A stretch of DNA of 32,000 bases from Aeropyrum pernix K1. GTDB taxonomy: Archaea > Thermoproteota > Thermoprotei_A > Sulfolobales > Acidilobaceae. Each line of letters starts with the position of its first letter. Positions within the stretch are counted from its first letter, which is position 1. Below, one piece after another: positions 17,967 to 26,788 of this stretch. The stretch spans positions 120,001 through 152,000 of the forward strand of contig NC_000854.2 of NCBI RefSeq assembly GCF_000011125.1, written 5' to 3'. The position numbers and the translations under genes were made by a program. Under the pieces are notes generated by a model that saw only the letters and a list, made by a program, of their open reading frames with translations, searched no databases and had not been told where the DNA came from.

Positions 17967-20066
17967 GTGAACGTGGCCGAGGAGATGCTTAGTGGAGAGG
18001 AAACCCTGGCTGTGGGCGAGAGGTTCAAGACATTCTTAGAGAACTTCAGAACAGAGGAGGGGAAGCTAAAGTACGTAGAAGCGATCCGCAGGATGATAAA
18101 CTATGAAGAGACTAGCCTCGAAGTCGAGTTTAAGGACCTCTACCGCTACGACCCCCTCCTCAGCGAAATCCTTCTAGAGAAGCCGAGGGAGTTTCTGAAG
18201 GAGGCGTCCGAAGCCCTTAAAGAGATTGTCGCGCAGGAGAGCCCCGAGTATGCGCAGGGGAGGGTGTTTACCCCCCGGTTTACAGGGCTCTTCGACACGG
18301 AGAGGATTAGAGATATAGGTAGCGATCACGTGGGGAAGCTAGTACAGATAAACGGTATCGTGACCAGGATGCACCCCCGCGCCACTAGGATGGTGCGAGC
18401 TAGGTTCAGGCACGACAGGTGTGGAGCCGAGTTCTGGTGGCCCGCCAACGAGGACGAGGTTCTGGGGGAAAGGATTGAGAGGCCTAGCATATGCCCCGTG
18501 TGTGGGGAGGGCGGGGGGAAGTTTACCCTAGTCAGGGACAAGAGCCTGTACATAGACTGGCAGAAGATTATGGTTCAGGAGAGGCCGGAGGACGTGCCCG
18601 GCGGCCAGATACCTAGAAGTATAGAAGTCCACCTGAGCAGAGACCTGGTTGAGAAGGTTAGACCGGGGGATAGGGTTAAGATAGTTGGTGTTGTAGGGCT
18701 CCAGTCGTTCTCCTCCTCAAGCACGCTATACAGCCTCTACATGGAGGCGAACAGCATACTCCTGGAGGAGAAGATCCTGGAGGAGGTGAGCATAACAAGA
18801 GAGGATGAGGAGAAGATACTCCAGCTCTCCCGCGACCCATGGATTAAGGAGAAGATAATAGCGAGCATAGCCCCCACGATATACGGCCACTGGGACCTCA
18901 AGGAGGCCATAGCACTCCTCCTCTTCGGCGGCGTGCCGAAGCAGAGGCCCGACGGCACCAGGACTAGGGGTGATATACACGTTCTCTTCGTGGGAGACCC
19001 CGGCGTGGCCAAGAGCCAGCTGCTCCAGAGCACAGCACAGGTGGCGCCTAGGGTAGTCTACACGACGGGGAAGGGTAGCACGGCAGCCGGCCTCACAGCA
19101 GCGGTGCTCAGGGACCCGAGGACGGGCGAGTACTTCCTGGAGGCGGGCGCCCTAGTACTTGCCGACGGGGGTATAGCCGTTATCGACGAGTTCGACAAGA
19201 TGTCTAAGGAGGACAGGGGCGTCATACACGAGGCTATGGAGCAGCAGACCGTGAGCATAGCGAAGGCTGGGATAAAGGCTACCCTCAGCGCGAGGGCCAG
19301 CCTACTTGCTGCGGGCAACCCCAAGTTCGGCTACTACGACCCGTCCCGCAGCTTCGTCGACAACGTAGACCTCCCGGCACCCATAATCTCGAGGTTCGAC
19401 CTGATATTCGTGGTCCGGGATGTGATAGAGAGGAGTAGGGACGAGATGCTAGCCAGCTACGTCCTGGAGACCCACACTAATGTCGAGCTGTTCAAGCCTG
19501 AGATAGATCCGGATCTGCTGAGGAAGTACATAGCCTTCGCGAGGAAACACGTCAAGCCAAGGCTAACGCCCCAGGCTAAGAAGCTGCTGAAAGACTTCTA
19601 CGTTGAGATGAGGAGCAGCGCCCTCCACCACTCGAGCCAAGAGGGCGCGAAGCCAGTGCCCATAACTACGAGGCAGCTTGAAGCCCTCATACGACTGACA
19701 GAGGCGCACGCCAGGATGTCCCTGAAGCAGGAGGCTACCGAGGAGGACGCCATAGCCGCCATACGCATAATGACCAGCGTGCTGCAGAGTATAGGCCTAG
19801 ACCTGGAGACCGGTGAGATCGACATTGGGATAATAATGACGGGGGCAAGCTTTAGGTCGAGAAAGATAATGTCCGAGGTTCTAGATCTTATAAAAAGCAT
19901 AGTGGAGGAGGAGAGGGGCGGTCAAGGCTGCGTCAGGGCTTCGGAGATTGTGAGGAGGCTGGGTGAGAAGAACATACCAGAGGAGAAGGTGAGGGACGCT
20001 ATAGACAAGCTGTACAGGCAGGGGCTGATAATAGAGATTAGGACCGAGTGCTACAAGGCGGTCTAG
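17967..20066 (+). CDS. mcm: Minichromosome maintenance (MCM) replicative helicase
   Basis: Walker A GDPGVAKSQLLQ, YTTGKGSTAAGLTAAV, ADGGIAVIDEFDKMSKEDRGVIHEAMEQQTVSIAKAGI, LLAAGNPKFGYYD, ISRFDLIFV; N-terminal zinc site CPVCGEGG; GTG start. Confidence 0.98.
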   Translation: MNVAEEMLSGEETLAVGERFKTFLENFRTEEGKLKYVEAIRRMINYEETSLEVEFKDLYRYDPLLSEILLEKPREFLKEASEALKEIVAQESPEYAQGRVFTPRFTGLFDTERIRDIGSDHVGKLVQINGIVTRMHPRATRMVRARFRHDRCGAEFWWPANEDEVLGERIERPSICPVCGEGGGKFTLVRDKSLYIDWQKIMVQERPEDVPGGQIPRSIEVHLSRDLVEKVRPGDRVKIVGVVGLQSFSSSSTLYSLYMEANSILLEEKILEEVSITREDEEKILQLSRDPWIKEKIIASIAPTIYGHWDLKEAIALLLFGGVPKQRPDGTRTRGDIHVLFVGDPGVAKSQLLQSTAQVAPRVVYTTGKGSTAAGLTAAVLRDPRTGEYFLEAGALVLADGGIAVIDEFDKMSKEDRGVIHEAMEQQTVSIAKAGIKATLSARASLLAAGNPKFGYYDPSRSFVDNVDLPAPIISRFDLIFVVRDVIERSRDEMLASYVLETHTNVELFKPEIDPDLLRKYIAFARKHVKPRLTPQAKKLLKDFYVEMRSSALHHSSQEGAKPVPITTRQLEALIRLTEAHARMSLKQEATEEDAIAAIRIMTSVLQSIGLDLETGEIDIGIIMTGASFRSRKIMSEVLDLIKSIVEEERGGQGCVRASEIVRRLGEKNIPEEKVRDAIDKLYRQGLIIEIRTECYKAV

Positions 20067-20109
20067 AGGCCGGGGCCGGAGCCTACATAAATCCAACGGG
20101 GTTGACGCC

Positions 20110-22317
20110 TTGTCCAAAGGCCTATACGACATACCATCATGGGCCACGACTGAAACCCGCACTCTCGCCAAGCTCGCCGGGGTCGAGAGGCTCTTCGAAC
20201 CACAGTATATGGCCTTGCAGGCGGGGGTTGAGAAGGGCGAGAACCTGGTCGTGGCAGCACCTACCGGCTCGGGGAAGACATTCATAGCTCTAGTAGCAAT
20301 AGTCAACAGCCTAGCCCGCGCCGGAGGGAGGGCGTTCTACCTTGTCCCCCTCAAGAGTGTAGCCTATGAGAAGTACACCTCCTTCTCCATACTATCAAGG
20401 ATGGGCCTAAAGCTCAAGATCAGCGTTGGAGACTTCAGGGAAGGCCCCCCCGAGGCGCCCGTGGTTATAGCTACCTACGAGAAGTTCGACAGCCTCCTGA
20501 GAGTATCCCCCTCGCTGGCTCGGAATGTGTCGGTGCTTATAGTAGACGAGATACACAGCGTGTCAGACCCTAAAAGGGGCCCCATACTGGAGAGCATAGT
20601 ATCCAGGATGCTAGCCTCCGCGGGGGAGGCACAGCTCGTCGGGCTTAGTGCCACAGTGCCGAACGCCGGGGAGATTGCGGAGTGGATAGGAGGTAAGATT
20701 GTGGAGTCCAGCTGGAGGCCGGTGCCTCTTAGGGAGTATGTGTTCAAAGAGTACAAGCTATACTCCCCCACGGGCGGCTTGAGGGAGGTGCCGCGGGTCT
20801 ACGGCCTGTACGACCTAGACCTCGCGGCCGAGGCTATTGAAGACGGAGGGCAGGCCCTCGTCTTCACCTACTCCAGGCGAAGAGCGGTTACTCTGGCTAA
20901 GAGGGCTGCCAAGAGGCTGGGCAGGAGGCTGTCCAGCAGGGAGGCCCGCGTATACAGCGCAGAGGCTTCCCGGGCTGAGGGCGCCCCCAGGTCAGTTGCC
21001 GAGGAGCTCGCCTCCCTCATAGCTGCTGGTATAGCCTACCACCATGCTGGTCTACCGCCGAGCCTAAGGAAGACGGTGGAAGAAGCGTTTAGAGCGGGTG
21101 CTGTGAAGGTGGTGTATAGCACGCCAACCCTCGCGGCGGGGGTCAACCTGCCGGCCAGGCGGGTTGTCATAGATAGCTACTACAGGTATGAGGCCGGGTT
21201 CAGAGAGCCCATAAGGGTTGCAGAGTACAAGCAGATGGCCGGCAGGGCCGGTAGACCCGGGCTCGACGAGTTTGGAGAGGCTATCATAGTTGCGGAGAGG
21301 CTTGACAGGCCTGAGGACCTCATATCGGGCTACATACGGGCTCCTCCGGAGAGGGTGGAGAGCAGGCTCGCCGGGCTCAGGGGGCTCAGGCACTTTATAC
21401 TCGGCATAGTAGCGCCCGAGGGTGAGGTGAGTATAGGGAGTATAGAGAAGGTGTCTGGCCTCACCCTCTACAGCCTCCAGAGGGGTCTGCCCAGGGAGAC
21501 TATAGCCAGGGCTGTTGAGGACCTCTCGGCTTGGGGGCTGGTGGAGGTAAAGGGTTGGAGGATAGCGGCCACGAGCCTCGGGAGGGAGGTCGCCGCGGTC
21601 TACCTCGACCCGGAGAGCGTGCCGGTGTTCAGGGAAGAGGTTAAACACCTGAGTTTCGACAACGAGTTCGACATACTCTACCTCATATCAACCATGCCCG
21701 ACATGGTGAGGCTACCCGCCACCAGGAGGGAGGAGGAAAGGCTTCTAGAGGCTATACTAGACGCTTCTCCCAGGATGCTCTCCTCGGTAGACTGGCTGGG
21801 CCCGGAGGAGATGGCGGCCGTGAAGACGGCTGTGGTTCTCAAGCTCTGGATAGACGAGGCTTCGGAGGACACGATCTACGGTGAGTGGGGCGTCCACACG
21901 GGCGATCTCCTAAACATGGTTAGCACGGCAGAGTGGATAGCCTCAGGCCTCTCTCGCATAGCACCTTATCTAGGCCTCAACAGCAAAGTGTCTCACATAC
22001 TCTCGGTCATTGCACGCAGGATCAAGCACGGCGTTAAGCCGGAGCTGCTGCAGCTAGTGGAAATTCCGGGTGTGGGGAGGGTAAGGGCGAGGATACTCTT
22101 CGAGGCTGGATACAGGAGTATAGAGGACCTCGCTACAGCGAGGGCCGAGGATCTCATGCGCCTACCATTGATAGGGCCCTCGACGGCTCGACAGATACTA
22201 GAGTTCCTGGGAAGGGTTGATGAGGCCAGGGAGGCTGAGGCCCGTGAAATGCTCGCTAGAAAAGGGCTTCTATCCTACCTCGAGGGAGACGCCGTGGCTG
22301 GGGAGGAGGGAGAGTAG
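20110..22317 (+). CDS. hel308: Ski2-like DNA helicase, Hel308 (Hjm) family
   Basis: VAAPTGSGKTF, VLIVDEIHSV, GLSATVPNAGEIAEWIGG, STPTLAAGVNLPARRVVI, QMAGRAGRPGLDE, C-terminal HhH region (LLQLVEIPGVGRVRARILFEAGYRSIEDLA). TTG start in the track. Confidence 0.93.
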   Translation: MSKGLYDIPSWATTETRTLAKLAGVERLFEPQYMALQAGVEKGENLVVAAPTGSGKTFIALVAIVNSLARAGGRAFYLVPLKSVAYEKYTSFSILSRMGLKLKISVGDFREGPPEAPVVIATYEKFDSLLRVSPSLARNVSVLIVDEIHSVSDPKRGPILESIVSRMLASAGEAQLVGLSATVPNAGEIAEWIGGKIVESSWRPVPLREYVFKEYKLYSPTGGLREVPRVYGLYDLDLAAEAIEDGGQALVFTYSRRRAVTLAKRAAKRLGRRLSSREARVYSAEASRAEGAPRSVAEELASLIAAGIAYHHAGLPPSLRKTVEEAFRAGAVKVVYSTPTLAAGVNLPARRVVIDSYYRYEAGFREPIRVAEYKQMAGRAGRPGLDEFGEAIIVAERLDRPEDLISGYIRAPPERVESRLAGLRGLRHFILGIVAPEGEVSIGSIEKVSGLTLYSLQRGLPRETIARAVEDLSAWGLVEVKGWRIAATSLGREVAAVYLDPESVPVFREEVKHLSFDNEFDILYLISTMPDMVRLPATRREEERLLEAILDASPRMLSSVDWLGPEEMAAVKTAVVLKLWIDEASEDTIYGEWGVHTGDLLNMVSTAEWIASGLSRIAPYLGLNSKVSHILSVIARRIKHGVKPELLQLVEIPGVGRVRARILFEAGYRSIEDLATARAEDLMRLPLIGPSTARQILEFLGRVDEAREAEAREMLARKGLLSYLEGDAVAGEEGE

Positions 22318-23385
22318 CTTCTCAGCAAGGCCGAGCTCGTAGAGGTCCTCGGGATATATGATGCCCGGTTCCTCCTCGGACAAACCCTCGGCGGCGAAGA
22401 CCTCGGCGAAAGCCGAAGACGCTCCTCCAACCATCTTGGAAGAAGCGCTCCACCCACCCCCATGCCTCAATGAGGCCCTAGCCAATGTCTCCCACCTGCC
22501 ACCCCTCCTAGCCTCGACGGTGAAGACAGCCACGTCACCCACGTCCGGAGGGTACCTCGTTTCAACCAGTTTAACGGCCATGTCGAAAGGCCTCACTATA
22601 CATCCCGACACCTTCAGCGGAGTACTGTCGAGCAAGCCGAGACCCCTCATTGTAAGCACAACTTTCAAATGACCTCTCCTCCTCAGGCTACACTCCATAA
22701 GCTCCTTGAATAGACTCCCTCTCCTTGATATGAAGCCGGCGAGGCCCTGGCTTGGGAAGCACTCGAGCACGCCGTGCTCAGGGTCGGAATACTCCATCCA
22801 GAGGCTGGGGTCGAGAGGGTCGGCAACAGCCTCGGAACCATCCTGTATCAGCTTTGCAGGCGTAACGTATTGCTCCAGCATCTCCTCAACCCTCCAGGTT
22901 GAGGCGTGGCTTAGAAGCCCGTCCTCTCTTGCGCCGAAGCTGCCGACATAAACTCTTGCCGACACGCCTCCTCCAGTCTCGGCAGCCATGCTGTAGAGTA
23001 TGACGTTAGAGAGCCCCGGGGAGACGCCAACCTCCGTGAGTATTGGCGCCCTTACGACGCCAGGATCTATCCTTAGAGGCTTGATAGATGCTACAACAAC
23101 AGGTATACCGGCAGAGGATAGGTGAGCTACCGCTCTGGAGGCAACAGGGTAAGGGAGAGCAATGAAGGCCGCTACAACCCTCTGCCCCCTCAGATACTCC
23201 CCTGCCTTCCTGCCCTCAACATCATACAGCCTGGCTTCTAACCCTAGGGACCTGGCCCTGGAGACAGCATCATTACTGGCGTCTAGACCCAGCACATCAA
23301 AGCCTCTGGAGGCAAGGTTATACGCCGCCCTTAAACCGACTCTCCCCAAGCCGAGAACAGCTATCTTAACCAACTTCAGGAGCAA
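22270..23385 (-). CDS. Saccharopine dehydrogenase family protein
   Basis: Rossmann VKIAVLGLGRVGLRAAYNLASRGFDVLGLDAS, YPVASRAVAHLSSAGIPVVVAS, LTEVGVSPGLSNVI, EYSDPEHGVLECFPSQGL. Start uncertain (TTG at 23385 or TTG/GTG downstream). Confidence 0.83.
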   Translation of the reverse strand: MLLKLVKIAVLGLGRVGLRAAYNLASRGFDVLGLDASNDAVSRARSLGLEARLYDVEGRKAGEYLRGQRVVAAFIALPYPVASRAVAHLSSAGIPVVVASIKPLRIDPGVVRAPILTEVGVSPGLSNVILYSMAAETGGGVSARVYVGSFGAREDGLLSHASTWRVEEMLEQYVTPAKLIQDGSEAVADPLDPSLWMEYSDPEHGVLECFPSQGLAGFISRRGSLFKELMECSLRRRGHLKVVLTMRGLGLLDSTPLKVSGCIVRPFDMAVKLVETRYPPDVGDVAVFTVEARRGGRWETLARASLRHGGGWSASSKMVGGASSAFAEVFAAEGLSEEEPGIIYPEDLYELGLAEKLLSLLPSHGVSLEVG

Positions 23386-23399
23386 CCCCCGGTACAGCA

Positions 23400-23490
23400 G
23401 GGGGCGGAGGAGGGATAGAGTGTTCCGGCTCTCCCCATCTTACAGTGTCGGGAGACTCTCTTCCTCCACACACCCCTCCTCCAGGCCCCC
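23400..23490. repeat. Compound GC-rich inverted repeat
   Basis: GGGGGC-GGAGGAGGG (23400-23414) pairs with CCCTCCTCC-AG-GCCCCC (23474-23490), 15 bp with a 2-nt bulge; inner AGAGT(23417-23421)/ACTCT(23455-23459) and CTCCC(23431-23435)/GGGAG(23450-23454). Confidence 0.75.
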
Positions 23491-23634
23491 CAGCCGATAT
23501 ATGCATGTATGGTGGCGAGAGCCTTAAACAAGCCCTCGAAGCCTTGGGAGAATCCTCAGGCCTGGCCACTGTCTTCACGTGTCCGTAAGGCTAGAACTCA
23601 TCATCGGCCCCGCCAGCCTAGGGTGTATAGGCCA

Positions 23635-23907
23635 CTACTTCTCCACAGCCATCTCCTCCTTAACACCCTTCATCCTGGACATGGTCTTCCACTGGCTAGG
23701 CTCGATGCTGAGTATCCAAGCGGGTATGTTCTTAACAAACTCGTACGCCTCTTCCCATGAGTCGAGCCCCAGCGCAGCCGCTAGCTGGTCAAGCGACATC
23801 TCAGTGGTTCTATACCTCCTTAGAATCTCCAGTATCTTCTCGTCAATAACGATCTCCTTCTCCCCAACGGTAACCTTGAAGACGCCCGCCTCGGACACTG
23901 TTCGCAT
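23635..23907 (-). CDS. Hypothetical protein, 90 aa (possible small HTH-like protein)
   Basis: Intact ORF with coding-like composition; TTTAATA promoter-like box ~35 bp upstream (about 23940). No confident family. Confidence 0.65.
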   Translation of the reverse strand: MRTVSEAGVFKVTVGEKEIVIDEKILEILRRYRTTEMSLDQLAAALGLDSWEEAYEFVKNIPAWILSIEPSQWKTMSRMKGVKEEMAVEK

Positions 23908-24059
23908 GCACCCATGGAAACCTGAAGAGAGTGTAGAGGGTATTAAACATCAAACCTGCCGGTAGCTCGGTTTAAACACGGCCGGCCATAGGGTGCTCCC
24001 TAGCCGCTCACGGCCGTCTCCTCATAGCCCACAGCCACGGGGGGCTCCCACCCGCTGAA

Positions 24060-24094
24060 AGCTCCTCACACCGGGAGGAGCTAGGTCCTCCCGG
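24060..24094. repeat. Overlapping, mutually exclusive inverted repeats
   Basis: AGCTCCTC(24060-24067)/GAGGAGCT(24075-24082), 8 bp, 7-nt loop; and CCGGGAGGA(24071-24079)/TCCTCCCGG(24086-24094), 9 bp, 6-nt loop. They share 24075-24079. Confidence 0.85.
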
Positions 24095-24215
24095 TTGGGC
24101 CACTGGCGGTTCGTTCATCTCCCCCCAGACTTTCACGTATTACCTGGCAAGTCTTCTTCACCTTTACCCTGGGCCGTCACGGCAGCCACACAGGTTATAT
24201 CCCCCTGTTTTAGAC

Positions 24216-24223
24216 GATCGTAT
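24216..24223 (+). promoter_or_regulatory. Putative TATA box for the HTH regulator gene
   Basis: CGTATAAAGG about 55 bp upstream of the GTG at 24276; consistent with transcription starting after the track's TTG start at 24240. Confidence 0.45.
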
Positions 24224-24275
24224 AAAGGGTGTTGCACTATTGTCTCACCACCGAGGAGTCTTTAGTGAGAGCCCC

Positions 24276-25007
24276 GTGGATAGCGACTATGCCTCACGTC
24301 TCGTTGCCATTAGAATAGCAGGAGATATTATCTACAGCAGGGATTTCGGCGAGGCTCTGAGGAAGTGGAGGGAGTATTTCGAGGTCAGCCAGAGTGAGAT
24401 AGCCAGGGAAATGGGGGTTACAGCCAGCGTTATAAGCGATTACGAGAAGAGCCGTAGGACTCCTGGCGCGGTTTTCATCAAGAGGTTCGTAGACTCCCTG
24501 ATATCTATCGACGCGAAAAGGGGGTGGAAGAAGACTAAAGACCTGGCTATGCTTGCGGGGACCGTTCCCGGGGCTATAGTGGATATGAGGGAGTTCGAGA
24601 AGCCCCTTACAGTTGGAGAGCTGAGTAGCGTCGTAGAGGGTGTTATACTGGGCTTTAAAGATGCGGCGAGGAGCGTATACGGCTATACACTGGTTGATAG
24701 TGTCAAGGCTATACTGAGCCTCTCGGGCCTCCAGTTCACCGTGTTGTTCGGCCTGAACCCCCAGAGAGCAATAGTGTTCACAAAGTCGACAACAGGGAGA
24801 AGCCCCATGGTGGCTGTGAGGACTAGCCCTCTAAAGCCCGCCGTTGTCATCGTGCACGGCCCGGGAAGGAACGTTGACAGGCTCGCTATTGAGATAGCCA
24901 AGGCGGATAGGGTGCCCCTGGTGGTGTCTCAGCTTGACAGCGAGGAGGAGCTGGCTTCAAGGCTAAGAAGCCTTACAATGCAGCGGAGGTTCACTCCTCA
25001 CCCTTAA
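24276..25007 (+). CDS. Archaeal XRE-like HTH transcriptional regulator (COG1709-like)
   Basis: LRKWREYFEVSQSEIAREMGVTASVISDYEKSRRTPGAVFIKRFVDSL is a clear Cro/XRE HTH; long C-terminal domain. ORF 24240..25007; GTG at 24276 preferred. Confidence 0.85.
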   Translation: MDSDYASRLVAIRIAGDIIYSRDFGEALRKWREYFEVSQSEIAREMGVTASVISDYEKSRRTPGAVFIKRFVDSLISIDAKRGWKKTKDLAMLAGTVPGAIVDMREFEKPLTVGELSSVVEGVILGFKDAARSVYGYTLVDSVKAILSLSGLQFTVLFGLNPQRAIVFTKSTTGRSPMVAVRTSPLKPAVVIVHGPGRNVDRLAIEIAKADRVPLVVSQLDSEEELASRLRSLTMQRRFTPHP

Positions 25008-25404
25008 GCCTTAGTATAGCCTCAGCTATGTCGCCGCCGGACTCCTCCAGGGCTTTCCTCGCCTCCTCCATGCTGACACCAGCCTGCTCCGCGACAAGGG
25101 CCACATCCTCCTCCGTAATCTCCGCAGCAGTCTCCTCCCTAGGCTTCTCAACCGTGTAATCACCCACCAGGTAGACCATGGGAGGCTGGCCCTTGGCCCT
25201 CATTACGATAACAGTTGGCGATCTGAACACCATGGTCTCACCGCTGCCCAAGACTATCCTGGCCTCGTCGGCTGACAGCTGCTCGACCTTGATGCCGAGC
25301 CTCCTCATCATCTTCTCTAAATCCCTTGGGTTAACCGGCAGCACCGAACCTACCACCAACCCTATAGCCTTGGATATGGGGGGTTTATACACCTTTGGCT
25401 CCAT
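24991..25404 (-). CDS. nac: Nascent polypeptide-associated complex alpha homolog (NAC domain + UBA)
   Basis: VNPRDLEKMMRRLGIKVEQLSADEARIVLGSGETMVFRSPTVIVMRAKGQPPMVYLVGDYTVE plus EEDVALVAEQAGVSMEEARKALEESGGDIAEAILRL. Confidence 0.95.
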   Translation of the reverse strand: MEPKVYKPPISKAIGLVVGSVLPVNPRDLEKMMRRLGIKVEQLSADEARIVLGSGETMVFRSPTVIVMRAKGQPPMVYLVGDYTVEKPREETAAEITEEDVALVAEQAGVSMEEARKALEESGGDIAEAILRLKGEE

Positions 25405-25447
25405 CGGCTGTTGAAGCTTCTTAAGCTGTAGCCTTTAGGATTGTGCT

Positions 25448-26704
25448 GTGGGGATGAAGAGTTCTTTGACCGACGCTAGTGGTATGAGGAGGCTGAGCTA
25501 CGCTGACCCCCGGCCGGCCCTCTGGGTAGTCTCGCTTCTAATAGCCCTGGCGGCAGGTGTCTACACGGGTCTCTCGGCCTACGATACTGCTAGCTTCTTC
25601 GACAGTGTGGAGCCTAGGTATGTTAGCGACGAGATTTACTATGTGGACACCGCCCGCAGGCTTCTGCAGAACGTGTTCCAGGTAGACATCGATTATTATA
25701 GCTACAGTGGAAAGACGAGTGAAGATTATTATAACGCTGAGCACCCTCCCCTCGGCAAGTACATTATAGCCTTGTCCATGCTGCTATGCGGCGACCGTCC
25801 CCTTTGCTGGAGGCTACCATCAGTTGTTGAGGCGGGGCTGATACCGGTCATACTGTGGGCGGGGCTGGCTCTAGCCTACAGGGGAGTTCTGGGGCCTGTA
25901 GCCGGGGCTGCCGCAGCACTTGCAGCAGCGTCAGACCCCGTCCTCAGGGTGATGGGTTCGGTGGCTATGCTGGACATACACCAAGCATTCTTCACAGCAC
26001 TGGCAATAGCCCTCGCCGCCAACAGGAGGTTCATCCCGGCTATCTCGGCGGCAGGCTTGGCAGCGTCAGTGAAGATGAGCGGCGGCGCTATTGTGTTAGC
26101 CACAGCAACCGTTGCAGCCTCCTGGGCTCAGGGAAGTATTTGGCGTAGACTCGCTGTATTTACCGCTGGCTTGCTGATAGGCGGCTCCGTCTACATAGCC
26201 CTCTACGCCCCTCTTGTCCTGCATTTTGGGCCTATGTGGGTTATCGAGGAGACGATAAACGCTCTCAAGTGGCACACTACAAGCCGTCCTCCGGGGCCAC
26301 CCGCAAGCAGTGTGCTAGGGTGGATTATAAACAGCAATCCCTTCTACCTCAGCCTCGAGGGTAGGGTAATGGCTGCTGTCACAAACACCGTAGTCCACGC
26401 TACAGCCCTGGGCTTCGCGGCCATAGCTCTGCTTGCGGAGCTCTTGGAGAGGAGGGGTAGGCCTAGCTGGCCAGGGGTTGCCCATGTCTACATGCTATTC
26501 ATCCTAATCCTATACACAGCCGTATATCTTGCAGGGAATAGAACCCTATACAGCTTCTACAGCGTACAGCTAACACCAATAGCCGCAGCTGTAATAGGGG
26601 AGGCCACAGCGGCGATGCTCACTTGGAGATGCCGTGCTGACAAGCATGCACCGTCCCCAAGCACTGAAGGATATGCCCCCGAAGCCTCCCCCAAGGGAGA
26701 ATAG
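25448..26704 (+). CDS. Membrane glycosyltransferase, PMT/ArnT-like (GT39-like)
   Basis: N-terminal VSDEIYYVDTARRLL, EHPPLGKYIIALSMLLCGD, WRLPSVVEAGLIP, multiple TM segments. Confidence 0.8.
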   Translation: MGMKSSLTDASGMRRLSYADPRPALWVVSLLIALAAGVYTGLSAYDTASFFDSVEPRYVSDEIYYVDTARRLLQNVFQVDIDYYSYSGKTSEDYYNAEHPPLGKYIIALSMLLCGDRPLCWRLPSVVEAGLIPVILWAGLALAYRGVLGPVAGAAAALAAASDPVLRVMGSVAMLDIHQAFFTALAIALAANRRFIPAISAAGLAASVKMSGGAIVLATATVAASWAQGSIWRRLAVFTAGLLIGGSVYIALYAPLVLHFGPMWVIEETINALKWHTTSRPPGPPASSVLGWIINSNPFYLSLEGRVMAAVTNTVVHATALGFAAIALLAELLERRGRPSWPGVAHVYMLFILILYTAVYLAGNRTLYSFYSVQLTPIAAAVIGEATAAMLTWRCRADKHAPSPSTEGYAPEASPKGE

Positions 26705-26788
26705 ACCCCTTCCATTACACTGGGTGTATGCTAGCGCACCCTGTTTAAGTGGGCCGGGCGTCCCTGCTAGTCTCCTGGGTGGCCGGTT

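Noticed and set aside
23509-23760. Plus-strand 83-aa ORF overlapping the 90-aa minus-strand gene
   Set aside because: Arg/Pro/His-rich translation unlike a real protein; the opposing ORF has better composition and an upstream promoter-like box.
23950-24240. Assigning the structured region as RNase P RNA or SRP RNA
   Set aside because: Characteristic conserved segments of either RNA were not recognised on either strand by eye; a covariance-model search would be needed.
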